This document shows positions 50,771 through 62,572 of a stretch of 64,000 nt of DNA, in pieces. The notes below the pieces were generated by a model. The model was given only the letters and a program-made list of their open reading frames with translations. It ran no database searches and was not told the DNA's origin. Source of the stretch: Chloroflexota bacterium (lineage in GTDB: Bacteria > Chloroflexota > Dehalococcoidia > DSTF01 > JACRBR01); the NCBI GenBank assembly GCA_031400455.1, contig JANNPX010000029.1, positions 464 to 64,463 on the forward strand, written 5' to 3'. A program made the position numbers and the translations under genes. How positions within the stretch are numbered: the first letter of the stretch is position 1; every line of letters starts with the position of its first letter.

Positions 50771-51007
50771 CAGCGTGTGTTCTGTATCAGGCGAGCCATC
50801 CTAGAGACGATATCCGGACAAGGGGGGTCTAGGTTACAGCCGAATGGCGCTATTTTTCGGGTTCTGACTGTTATTGCCGCGTAGACGTTTGCTCACTCGG
50901 AGCGCTCCCGCGTCCCCATTGTCGGAGGTCGGCCTGACGGTATGGGCCGAATGGCGCATACTCTACTCGACCGGCAGATCCATCGCCGCCAGCGGGAGTC
51001 ATAAGAG

Positions 51008-52672
<1,665 letters not shown>

Positions 52673-52696
52673 CGCGAGTTGCCCAAACGACCTGAG

Positions 52697-53533
52697 CTAG
52701 CTCATGGGCGTGCCGCCGGTGACGTTCAGTGTCTGCCCGGTAATCCACGCGGCATCGTTTGACGCGAAGAACGCCACGGCCCCGGCGATATCCGCCGGCG
52801 TGCCCTGACGCCCCAGCGCGATCGTCTGCACGACCGCCTTCTTCAGGGCGCCGGCATCGGCGTGGAAGCGCGCTGCCATGTGGTCGAACGTGCCGTCCAT
52901 CATGTCCGTATCGACGGAACCCGGTGCGATGCAGTTCACCGTGATCTGATGCGGCGCCGCTTCGAGTGCGAGCATCTGGGTGAGGCCGACGACGCCCCAT
53001 TTCGTTGCGCAATAGGCGCCATACTGCGGGTACGCCGTTCGCCCCGCCGCTGACGAGATGTTGATGATTCGGCCACCGCGTCCGGCTTCGACCATCTTGC
53101 GCATCGCGCGGCTGGTAAGCAGAAACACGCCGTTGAGGTTCACGTCGACCACCTCGTACCATTCGCGGTCGTCGATCTCCCAGAGATTCTTCTCGCCGCA
53201 GTAGGCAAGCCCGGCGTTGTTCACGACGATGTCGATGCGGCCGAACTTCGCCATCGTTTCGGCGACGACGCGATCGACATCCGCGGCGTTCGTCAGGTCG
53301 GCATCGATGCCGATCGCGGCGCCGCTGGCGGCCTCGATCTCGGTGGCGACCGATCCGGCGCCGCGCCAGCCGATCGCTTTCTCGTCGTCCGGGTACTGTT
53401 CTGGTGCGCGCGGCGACCCAAGCGCGACGACGCGAGCCCCTTGAGCGGCAAGTGCCAGCGAGATACCGCGGCCGATTCCGCGATAGCGTGCTGCGCCGCT
53501 GACGATCGCGACCTTGCCTTGGAGTGACGACAT
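52697..53533 (-). CDS. Short-chain dehydrogenase/reductase (SDR)
   Basis: MSSLQGKVAIVSGAARYRGIGRGISL (TGxxxGxG-like), ...NNAG..., and the catalytic YxxxK (YCATK). AAAGGAG SD before the ATG at 53533. Confidence 0.8.
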   Translation of the reverse strand: MSSLQGKVAIVSGAARYRGIGRGISLALAAQGARVVALGSPRAPEQYPDDEKAIGWRGAGSVATEIEAASGAAIGIDADLTNAADVDRVVAETMAKFGRIDIVVNNAGLAYCGEKNLWEIDDREWYEVVDVNLNGVFLLTSRAMRKMVEAGRGGRIINISSAAGRTAYPQYGAYCATKWGVVGLTQMLALEAAPHQITVNCIAPGSVDTDMMDGTFDHMAARFHADAGALKKAVVQTIALGRQGTPADIAGAVAFFASNDAAWITGQTLNVTGGTPMS

Positions 53534-53561
53534 TGAGGGCTCCTTTGTTCGTACGTACGAG

Positions 53562-54527
53562 TTAGTGCGAGTGCAGGTGAAGGCCGGTGTCGGCGGGCGG
53601 GACGATGACCCCGCCGCGCTCCATGATGCCGGGCTCATCCGGATCAACGTGGATGCTGATCGTGGCGCCGGGCACGCTTGATTGCAGGTCCGCTTCGAAG
53701 TGCTCGACCAACAAGTGCGCTTCGCTCACGGAGAGCGCCGGGTCTACGAGTACGTGCACGTCAATGTAGGTCTCGCGTCCAGACTTGCGAGTGCGCAGTG
53801 CGTGGTAGCCGCGCATGCCGTGCGCTTCATGCGACAGGCATTCCTCGATGAGCCGGACCGTCGCTTCCGGTAGCGCAGAGTCAGTGAGTTCGCGTAGCGC
53901 GTTGCGCACGATGGCCGCTGCTGTCCAGGTGAGGAACGCCGCCAGCAGCAGCGCGACGATCGGGTCGAAGATGTGCTTGCCGGTGATGCCGACGAGCACC
54001 AGTCCGGCGCCGATGGCGACGGCCTGCACGACGTTCGTCATCAGGTGCCGGGCGTCGGCGGCGATAGCGACCGAGCCGCTGATGCGTGCGGCGCGGCGCG
54101 AATAGGCGGCGACGCCGAGGTTCACGACGGCAGTGATGCCAATGGCAATGAGCGACGGCACGACGACGATCTCGACGTCGTCCGCCAACGCGCGCCGAAT
54201 CGCTGCGAAGGCGATGAACACGGCGCCGGCTGCGATCAGCCCCGCCTGCGAGATGGCGGCGAGGCTCTCCGCCTTCCCGTGGCCGTATGGGTGCTCCTCG
54301 TCGGCTGGCTGGAGCGCCATCCGCACGGTGATGAACGCGAGCGCCGACGCCAGCAGATCCTCCGCGCTGTCGACGCCGTCACCGAGCAGCGCGATCGAGC
54401 CGAACGCTAGGCCGAACCCGACCTTCAGCGCCATCAGCACGGCGTTCGATGCGAGCGACAGCATCGCGGCGCGGCTTGCGATGTCTGCCGGGATGATGCG
54501 GCGTTGGGTGGCGGCAGTGGTGGGCAT
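53562..54527 (-). CDS. Cation diffusion facilitator (CDF) family metal efflux transporter
   Basis: Six TM helices with ...HPYGHGKAESLAA..., and a C-terminal cytoplasmic domain with a His-rich end (HLHSH). Confidence 0.8.
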   Translation of the reverse strand: MPTTAATQRRIIPADIASRAAMLSLASNAVLMALKVGFGLAFGSIALLGDGVDSAEDLLASALAFITVRMALQPADEEHPYGHGKAESLAAISQAGLIAAGAVFIAFAAIRRALADDVEIVVVPSLIAIGITAVVNLGVAAYSRRAARISGSVAIAADARHLMTNVVQAVAIGAGLVLVGITGKHIFDPIVALLLAAFLTWTAAAIVRNALRELTDSALPEATVRLIEECLSHEAHGMRGYHALRTRKSGRETYIDVHVLVDPALSVSEAHLLVEHFEADLQSSVPGATISIHVDPDEPGIMERGGVIVPPADTGLHLHSH

Positions 54528-54553
54528 CGCGCTCAGGATACGGCGGCAGCGGC

Positions 54554-55486
<933 letters not shown>

Positions 55487-55505
55487 GCGCGCCGCGGGGG
55501 GATCG

Positions 55506-56789
55506 TCATGAGACCGCGGCTCGCTCGCGGACGGGCTCCGGGCGGCGTGGGAACGGACGGTCGTGCTTGTCGATCTCCTCTTGCTCATTCGCCTCGGCGC
55601 GGCTCCAGAGGGCGAGCGCGGCGAACCCGAACACCGCGGTGAGTATTCCGAACATGAGGAAGACCGCGCGCAGGCCCCAAACATCGGCGACGATGCCGCC
55701 CAGCGGCTGGACGCCGGCGAAGATGATGTTCGCGACGACGGCTTGCACGGAAAGAATCGTCGCGCGGCGCTCGCTGGGGATGCGCTTGTTGATGTACGTC
55801 GCGAGCAGCGGGTTTTGCATGCCGGCCGACACACCCATGCCGAGGAACGCGACGAAGATCCACGAGCGGTCGATGCCGGCGAGCGCGAAGCTGCACAGCA
55901 TCAGCAGCACCGGCATCGCGAAGAATGCGCTGCGCTGGCCGACGCGCGTCAGGAACTGATGCGCCAGCAGCGCGGAGACGATGCCCGCGCCGCGCACCGG
56001 CGCTTGCCACAGTCCCAGGTCGCCGGTCGTGACGCCGTGATCGCTGAGGAAGGGCTGCTGGAACACCATCGGCCCGAAGGCGGCCGCGGAGATCACACCG
56101 CTGTACAGGATGATGTACCGCAGCGAGGGCAGCTTCCACGCGTCGTGGATGCCGGAGAAGAGTGTCTGGAAGTAGCGCTCGTGCGTCTCCTCCTGCTCGT
56201 GCCTTGGCTCGTGCATCGAGAACGCGATGGGCGTGGCGATCGCCGCGATCACGGCGCTCACGATGATCACGGAGGAGTAGTCGGTGAGCTCCGCCAGTGG
56301 CGCGCCCAGCAGGATCGCGCACAGCGCTGCGCCGGATCGTAGCGCCCAGAGGCGGCTATTGATGCGCTGGAAGTCCTCCTCGCGGTCGACTTGCTTGAGG
56401 CTGTCGTAGAGCAGCGCGGTGTCGGAGCCCGATTGGAACGTGAGCGCGAGCCCCCACGCGGTGTAGGAGAGCAGGATGATGGCGTAGTTGTCCGCGATGG
56501 CGAAGATGAACAGCGCCAGGGCGAAGAGCGAGCTTCCGAGCATCAGCGACCAGCGGCGCCCGAAGCGGTCGGCGACGGCGCCCGTCGGCACCTCGGCGAA
56601 CACCATCAGCAGGAAGAACGGCGTATCCAGCACCGTGATCTGGGTGAGCGAGAGCCCGCGCTTCACCTGCAGGTACACGACCCAGATGGGCAGCCAGAGC
56701 TGGAACTCCATCAGGAAGCGGTAGACGTACGACTTCCAGACGTTGGATTCGTACCCCATGTCGTCGCGGATGCGGGCGAGCAGATCCAT
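55506..56789 (-). CDS. MFS transporter
   Basis: Twelve predicted TM helices. ...VADRFGRRWSLMLGS... MFS motif A. Confidence 0.75.
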   Translation of the reverse strand: MDLLARIRDDMGYESNVWKSYVYRFLMEFQLWLPIWVVYLQVKRGLSLTQITVLDTPFFLLMVFAEVPTGAVADRFGRRWSLMLGSSLFALALFIFAIADNYAIILLSYTAWGLALTFQSGSDTALLYDSLKQVDREEDFQRINSRLWALRSGAALCAILLGAPLAELTDYSSVIIVSAVIAAIATPIAFSMHEPRHEQEETHERYFQTLFSGIHDAWKLPSLRYIILYSGVISAAAFGPMVFQQPFLSDHGVTTGDLGLWQAPVRGAGIVSALLAHQFLTRVGQRSAFFAMPVLLMLCSFALAGIDRSWIFVAFLGMGVSAGMQNPLLATYINKRIPSERRATILSVQAVVANIIFAGVQPLGGIVADVWGLRAVFLMFGILTAVFGFAALALWSRAEANEQEEIDKHDRPFPRRPEPVRERAAVS

Positions 56790-56879
56790 ACGGGCGAGTA
56801 TATCGAGGCGTATGGCGGGGCTGATAGCGCATGAGGGGCTCCGCGGAGCCCCTCATGTCAATATCGGTGCGTGCTGGTG

Positions 56880-57527
56880 CTAGCGCGGAGCGAAGATGAA
56901 CACGCCCGGCGCGTACGTGTTCGTTGTGCCGACGAAGAGCTGGAGCACAATCGCAAAGACGGCGAATCCAGCGGCGTTCGCGATGAGCACCTTCGCGGGC
57001 GGCGCGTCAGTAGCGGACTGGAGCGCGATCTGCGTCGTGCCGAACGTCAGACCCAGAGCGGCCAGGCCGATGCCGTAGTCGAGACCGGGGATGAACATCG
57101 CGACCATCAACGCCAGCGGCGCCGTAGCGAACCCCATCACGCGTACCAGCTCGTTGACATCGGCGCGCGCGCGAAATATCTGCGTCAGCATGACGTAGGT
57201 GACGCCCATCCAGCCGATCGCCCACACGATGATGGCGAGGATGCTTCCGAGGATGGCGGACTTGAGCAGGAAGTCGCCGGTGTCCGGTGCGTAGTCCTGC
57301 ATCAGGTACCACAGCCAACCGCCGATTCCGGCAAGAAACGTGGCTACCACGACTACCACGATCGCGGGGATCGTGCTGTTCTTGTCGCCTTTTACCTCAT
57401 CGAATACGGTCGTATCGAGCATCGCGAGGCGGCGGAGCCTCTGCATCAGCGAGTTGACATCCATGCCCCCGGCTTTTTCCATCATGGTCCTGCACCTCCT
57501 TGTGACGGCCGTGTCCCGGCCGGACAA
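56880..57527 (-). CDS. Yip1-domain family membrane protein
   Basis: Cytosolic N-terminus then five TM helices (...IVVVVVATFLAGIGGWLWYL..., ...ILGSILAIIVWAIGWMGVTYVML...). Start uncertain (several in-frame Met). Confidence 0.5.
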   Translation of the reverse strand: MSGRDTAVTRRCRTMMEKAGGMDVNSLMQRLRRLAMLDTTVFDEVKGDKNSTIPAIVVVVVATFLAGIGGWLWYLMQDYAPDTGDFLLKSAILGSILAIIVWAIGWMGVTYVMLTQIFRARADVNELVRVMGFATAPLALMVAMFIPGLDYGIGLAALGLTFGTTQIALQSATDAPPAKVLIANAAGFAVFAIVLQLFVGTTNTYAPGVFIFAPR

Positions 57528-57601
57528 CGCTGATCCTCCAAACGATCAAACGCCTACCTAATACAACACTTCTACTACACTTCGGGATCCTTGTCTAGTA
57601 C

Positions 57602-57690
57602 TGGGCCGGGGGACCGGGCGTTGGAGGCTGGAGTTTGGGGGTTGGAGATTGGGGTCGGTTCGGCGGTGGGTTCGGATTCTCGGCCGGATG
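57602..57690. repeat. G/T-rich quasi-repetitive tract (TTGGRG units). C/A-rich and G-poor on the rsmG transcript strand
   Basis: ttggaggctggagtttgggggttggagattggggtcggttcggcggtgggttcgg, read directly. 25-115 nt downstream of the rsmG stop. Confidence 0.5.
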
Positions 57691-57715
57691 ATGCGACTCC
57701 AGTCCGCCAGCGCGC

Positions 57716-58429
57716 TCACAGCGGCGATTTCGCCGGAACGCCGGGGCGGCGCGGGTACTCTGCGGGCGTCTCGCGCTGCTTCACGACCGCGACGAGCGTT
57801 TGCGGCGGGCCGGGGATGGCGAGCGGCGCCGTGAACACCTTCCCGCCCAGCACGGACAGTGCGCGAGCCGACGCGGCGATCTCGGCGTCCGCCCGTGAGC
57901 CCTTGGGCGTGACGACGCGGCCGCCGACGCGGGCGAACGGCAGCGTTAGTTCGAGCAGCACGGGCAGCGGCGCGACGGCGCGGGCCACCACCAGGTCGAA
58001 GCGTCCGCGGAGGCTCGGGTCGTGGCCGAGGGTCTCGGCGCGTCCGCAGAGGACGGGCGTATCGGCGAGCGGGAGCGTTTCGACCAGGGCACGGAGGAAG
58101 TCCGCCTTCTTCGCCGTCGCCTCCAGCAGCGAGAGCCGGATACCGGGCCAAACGACCTTCCAGACCGCGCCCGGAAAGCCGGCGCCGGCGCCGACGTCAA
58201 GCACGCTCGAATCGGGGCGCAGCACCTCACGCTCGCGCAGCGCGGCACCGAGCGCGATCGCCTCCAATATGTGGCGGCGTTCCACGACTGCTGGAGTCGC
58301 GTCAGCTACGAGATTCATGCGATCCGACCATTCCGCGAGCAGCGACGTGTAGGCATCGAACTGGCGCAGTTGAGCATCGGTCAGGCGGACGCCGTAAGCG
58401 TCGGATCCGTGCAAAAGCGTGTCGCCCAT
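57716..58429 (-). CDS. rsmG: 16S rRNA (guanine527-N7)-methyltransferase
   Basis: ...VLDVGAGAGFPGAVWKVVWP...RAVAPLPVLLEL... GidB/RsmG signature. Confidence 0.85.
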   Translation of the reverse strand: MGDTLLHGSDAYGVRLTDAQLRQFDAYTSLLAEWSDRMNLVADATPAVVERRHILEAIALGAALREREVLRPDSSVLDVGAGAGFPGAVWKVVWPGIRLSLLEATAKKADFLRALVETLPLADTPVLCGRAETLGHDPSLRGRFDLVVARAVAPLPVLLELTLPFARVGGRVVTPKGSRADAEIAASARALSVLGGKVFTAPLAIPGPPQTLVAVVKQRETPAEYPRRPGVPAKSPL

Positions 58430-58501
58430 GGTCGGATGATAGCAGCGGCGTTTGACGCCCCTTCAAGATCGCGCCTACAATCAGCAGCAGGAGGGGTCTT
58501 T

Positions 58502-59323
58502 ATGGTAGGTGAAGTCGCCGTCGACGCAGAGCCCGTAGAGTTGCAGGATCTCGCGCGTACATATCTCGCTGGGCTTAAGCCCGCAGCGCGAGAGGCAGCG
58601 CAGCCCGAAGTGCTCAAGTTCGTCCGGTGGGTTGGCCCGGAAAAAGACCTCTCGATTATGCGCGCCCATGAGGTGTCGCAGTACGCCGAGAACTTCCCTC
58701 CCTCTGTTTCTGATGCAGCCAAGCGCGCGGATTTTGTCCGTGCGTTTTTGAAGTGGTCGAAAGACAAGGGCATCACGCGCGAGAACCTCGGCACGCACCT
58801 GCGTGTGCGCAAGGCGTCGAAGTCCAGCTCCAACGCGCAGACGATGGAAGAGCAGCCGATCTACCTGACGCGCGACGGTCACGATGCGCTCGTCAAGGAG
58901 TTCGAGTCGCTGAAGGATCGCCGGCCCCTGATTCAGGCCGATTTGGCGCGCGCCATGGCCGACAAGGACTTCCGCGAGAACGCGCCGCTGGACGCCGCCC
59001 GCAACGAGCAGGGCCACCTGGAGGCGCGCATCAAGGACATCGATGCGACGCTGCGCCGTGCCGTCGTGCTCGACCACGGAGCGGAGCATCCCGGCGACGC
59101 CTCGCAGATCGGCGACCTCGTGACGATCAAGGATCTGCGCACCGGCTCGGAGAAGGGCTACACGCTCGTCAACTCCGACGAAGTGCGCTCTGGCGCCGGC
59201 AAGATCTCCATCGCCTCACCAGTAGGCAAGGCTGTCTACGGCCACCGCAGCGGCGAAGAAGTAGAAGTAGAAGCGCCGTCCGGCACGTTCCGCGTGCGGA
59301 TCGAGTCGATCCAGTCGCCGTAG
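58502..59323 (+). CDS. greA: GreA-family transcription elongation factor with a ~110-aa N-terminal extension
   Basis: The C-terminal 160 aa match GreA (...IYLTRDGHDALVKEFESLK..., ...GDLVTIKDLRTGSEKGYTLV..., ...SIASPVGKAVYGH...). AGGAGGGG SD before the ATG at 58502. Confidence 0.7.
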   Translation: MVGEVAVDAEPVELQDLARTYLAGLKPAAREAAQPEVLKFVRWVGPEKDLSIMRAHEVSQYAENFPPSVSDAAKRADFVRAFLKWSKDKGITRENLGTHLRVRKASKSSSNAQTMEEQPIYLTRDGHDALVKEFESLKDRRPLIQADLARAMADKDFRENAPLDAARNEQGHLEARIKDIDATLRRAVVLDHGAEHPGDASQIGDLVTIKDLRTGSEKGYTLVNSDEVRSGAGKISIASPVGKAVYGHRSGEEVEVEAPSGTFRVRIESIQSP

Positions 59324-59352
59324 GTCAGACATAACGCTGCGAATCGATCGAA

Positions 59353-59377
59353 GCCGGCTCAACGAGCCGGTTTTTTC
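59353..59377 (+). terminator. Intrinsic terminator of greA
   Basis: GCCGGCTC-aac-GAGCCGG followed by TTTTTT. Confidence 0.7.
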
Positions 59378-59453
59378 GTTGCGCGCACTTGTCCGGCGAT
59401 GGGCAATCGCGCGTATCATCGCTCCAACGTTGTGTAACGCAGAGGGGGGCATC

Positions 59454-60134
59454 ATGATTCGTCGTTCCATGTTCGCCGTGATCGTTCTGGCCGTCGGCGT
59501 CGTCGCCGGTGTCGGCATCTACCAGTTCCGTCAAGTCGACGCGGCACCGAGCCTGCCCGTCACCATCCAGGACGCGGATGTGGATGCCGATGGCCAGATC
59601 AGCATCCTCGACTTGGCAGGGGCCGCTCGCTATTACGGGCAAGCGGTGCCGAACGTCGCGCGGCCCGTCGCGGAGCAGAACCTCGACGCCAATGGCAACA
59701 TCAAGGTGCATGAACAGGGGGTCGTAGTAGCGACGGTAAAGCGGATGTCACGAGTCATACCTGTCACCACGGCTTTCACCGTGACGTCGGCCGACAATCT
59801 CAATCCGGACTTGATCAGCGGGTGGATCGATGTGAGGGACTGCAAGTATCTCTATTGGTCGTTCGATGCAACATTGTTGGGATCGTTTGCAGGCAATACT
59901 GAGACTGTGGCTGTCTTGATGAGGGCGTCGCTGGATGGCACCACGACGATCTCGACTTCAATCGGAATGGCGAGTCACGGGTGGAATCCGGGTAGTACGC
60001 CGCCTAGGCACTCGTATCTCCCATCAAGCTTCGTCGGCAATGCTCCATACATTCAGCTGGCCGGCTACGTAGATGCCGATGGCGCGCCAGCACCAGTAGA
60101 GGTCGGCATAAGTCTGTTCTGCACGAGCGACTGA
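59454..60134 (+). CDS. Secreted protein with a dockerin-like Ca-binding module plus a ~130-aa domain of unknown function
   Basis: Signal peptide MIRRSMFAVIVLAVGVVAGVGIY. Two dockerin-type repeats, DADVDADGQISILDLAGAARYYGQ and NLDANGNIKVHEQ. AGAGGGGGG SD. Confidence 0.5.
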   Translation: MIRRSMFAVIVLAVGVVAGVGIYQFRQVDAAPSLPVTIQDADVDADGQISILDLAGAARYYGQAVPNVARPVAEQNLDANGNIKVHEQGVVVATVKRMSRVIPVTTAFTVTSADNLNPDLISGWIDVRDCKYLYWSFDATLLGSFAGNTETVAVLMRASLDGTTTISTSIGMASHGWNPGSTPPRHSYLPSSFVGNAPYIQLAGYVDADGAPAPVEVGISLFCTSD

Positions 60135-60159
60135 ATGCGCGGTGCCACGCCTCCACCGT

Positions 60160-60900
60160 CTATTGCGATGTTGTCTGCGCGTTGGCCAGCTCGCGGTGAA
60201 CTTGGTCAACGAAAACCGTCACCAGTTCCGTGAGGTCGTTTCCGCGTCTCAGCCATGGCTCGTCAACGCTGCCCAATACCCTGAGCTGCAATTGCGCGAC
60301 TCGCTCGAGAGACACCTGCGACTGGACTAGCAGGAAATACAGACAGAACCGGAGCGCCCGTTCCTCGAAAAACCCTCCAAAGTGGAGGTAAGTCGTCTCT
60401 GGGTCCCAATGCATCAGCCACCGGAGCCCGCCACCATTCGGGTGCGTGAATTTACTTAGTACGGCATATGTCTCGCGGGCCTTATCGCCGACTAGGCCAC
60501 CGATTTCTTTGAACATCGTTTCGAAGTCTATTGGTGGTTTGGCATTCTCGTGTTCTGGGAGAATGCCGGCGAGCCATCGGCCGCATCTATCAGGCCGAGC
60601 CTCTACGTGACAAGTCGTAGCCCAGTCTTCGAGAGCGCCGCGGCAAAGAGAGAGACTCTGCACTGGATACCCCGTGAGCGCGTCTTCTCTGGCGCGCCAA
60701 AGAGAGTTAAAGGTCCGCACAAGCAGAAGCGACACCAAGAAGTTGAGCCCGCGGTCCTGCGCTCGGCCTGCGAGGGGCGACATTCCGTGGTTGAGATGAA
60801 GTAGTAAGTCGTCAAGCAGCGAGATTTCAGTGGGCATCGCGGCTTCACTTTGCGATCTTATTTGCCGATCCAATGTCTCAACGTCGATTTGTCTCGCCAT
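60160..60900 (-). CDS. Hypothetical protein in a lower-GC region
   Basis: 246-aa ORF from ATG 60900 (AAAGGA SD). About 60% GC in sampled stretches against about 70% elsewhere. No family recognised with confidence. Confidence 0.4.
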   Translation of the reverse strand: MARQIDVETLDRQIRSQSEAAMPTEISLLDDLLLHLNHGMSPLAGRAQDRGLNFLVSLLLVRTFNSLWRAREDALTGYPVQSLSLCRGALEDWATTCHVEARPDRCGRWLAGILPEHENAKPPIDFETMFKEIGGLVGDKARETYAVLSKFTHPNGGGLRWLMHWDPETTYLHFGGFFEERALRFCLYFLLVQSQVSLERVAQLQLRVLGSVDEPWLRRGNDLTELVTVFVDQVHRELANAQTTSQ

Positions 60901-61430
60901 CGGCGGTCGTCCTTTCGGCGAACTAGTCGCGAGCCGCGGCAGCCACGTTCGGAAGCCAGAAGGATGTCGCGGCGTTCCAGAGCGCGGGAGTGCGGCTGTG
61001 CGTTTCAAGATACACATGCGACGCCGCTCAATGAGGTGATGTCCCACGTTGCGGCAGCTAAGGCAGAATTGAACTGCGACTACGCCGCGAAGGGCGGGCC
61101 GATCGGCGACGAGCCGACACGAACCGACGCGATAGCCAGACTGGCGAAGTTGCTGGCAATTCCCGCCCGCCTGTCTGCTTCCCTCACCTCATAGTGATCC
61201 GATGCGGCGCGCCGAGCGGATAGAGGTGTCGGCGAATTCGACCGTCGCGGACAAAGGTCGAATCTGCCGGAGCCGGCTGTCATTCCGAAATACGGCCATG
61301 CGTCCCGCGCTTCGGGGGCCGAATGGGTGTATGAACGGCAACGGAACGGCGAGATGATGAGCGCGTCGAGGGCCACCGGAGCCCCCGGAAGATTAACCAT
61401 GCACAACTGATTCGTTATGGAGGACCCTAC

Positions 61431-62090
61431 GTGAAGCGAAGGACACTCGATTTCATCTTTGCCGGCGGTGGGCTACTGATTGCCGCGCTGCTCGTCATCT
61501 TCGGGCTGGTGATGCAGGACCAGTACGATTTCGCCCAGGACTACGTCAAAACCGAACTCGGGGCGCAGAAGATCACGTTCGCCGCAGAGCCCAAGCCCGA
61601 TGAGATCAGCTGGAAGCCCGAATCGAAGTGCCTGACGGAGAACGCGGGCAAGCTGATGGAAACCGGCAAGCAGGCCGAGTGCTACGCCAGCTATTACATC
61701 GCCCTTCACATGCGGAATTCCGCGAAGGAGGCGTACCCTCCGGGAACGTACAACGACGACACGTACGCGACAATGGGCGCGAAGCGCACCGCCCTACAGA
61801 AGACCTATGACGCGGCGCTGGCGGACAAGGGCGCTACGGATCCAGCGACCGTCGAAGCCAAGAAGCAGCTCGATGCGGCCACAGGCCTGCGGAGCACCTT
61901 CCAGACCGGTGAGACGCTCCGCGGCCTGCTCCTCACGACGTACGGATTCAGCATCTTCGGCGACAAGGCCGGGCTTGCGGCGATGATCTGCTTCATCGCG
62001 GCGGCGCTGATCGCGGTGCTGTCGGCGGCAGGCTTCGTCCATGCCTTCCTGACGTCGCCGGACAAGGTGGTCTTGGGGAGCGGGAAGTAG
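61431..62090 (+). CDS. Two-TM membrane protein with a Cys-containing extracytoplasmic domain, hypothetical
   Basis: GTG start after GGAGG. N- and C-terminal TM helices. Confidence 0.5.
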   Translation: MKRRTLDFIFAGGGLLIAALLVIFGLVMQDQYDFAQDYVKTELGAQKITFAAEPKPDEISWKPESKCLTENAGKLMETGKQAECYASYYIALHMRNSAKEAYPPGTYNDDTYATMGAKRTALQKTYDAALADKGATDPATVEAKKQLDAATGLRSTFQTGETLRGLLLTTYGFSIFGDKAGLAAMICFIAAALIAVLSAAGFVHAFLTSPDKVVLGSGK

Positions 62091-62124
62091 ACGCTGCACA
62101 CGCAGGCGTTCCTGTAACGGCGTC

Positions 62125-62430
62125 GAACACGCCTCGTGAGTTGGCCGTATGGGCCGCGCACGAGGCGTGTTCGCATCTGGACTACCAACAAGGGTTGCAC
62201 TCGCGCGCTAAAGGGAGGTCGCTTGAGCGATAGGTCGCTTGATTGAGCACACCGAAGGACTGAGAATGCCGTGCGCCCCGTCCTAAGGGCGCAGTGGCGG
62301 GGTGGTCGTACTGACGGAGGCGGGGCCTGAAGTGCGACCGCCCCTTCTTGCCTTTCGGGCAACAAGAAAACTCTCGTAGCGTGGCGGGGAGCGTCCGTGC
62401 TGCCGAACGCAACGCTACGAGAGCATGGGT
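62125..62430. ncRNA. Candidate structured non-coding RNA region (class unknown)
   Basis: Several perfect inverted repeats within about 300 nt: GAACACGCCTCGTG/CACGAGGCGTGTTC (14 bp), CTCTCGTAGCGT/ACGCTACGAGAG (12 bp), TTGCC-tttcg-GGCAA, GGTACT-tct-AGTACC, plus the direct repeat GGTCGCTTGA x2. No plausible ORF. Strand not determined. Confidence 0.3.
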
Positions 62431-62572
62431 ACTTCTAGTACCTATCGCCGACGATTCGCAAGTCGAAACGTACATAACTTCATTACGATCACATTACGCA
62501 AGACTGTAGTGCGTAAATCGATGAGCGATCGTGCTTTGGTTCAGGCTCAGGCGGCGTCGCGGGGCATGACGT

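Noticed and set aside
62091-62572. tmRNA, RNase P RNA or SRP RNA in the structured intergenic region
   Set aside because: I did not find the conserved signature sequences of these RNAs (tmRNA 5' GGGG..UUCGAC and 3' tRNA-like end, RNase P P4 AGGAAAGUCCGGGC, SRP domain IV motif). Retained only as an unclassified ncRNA candidate.
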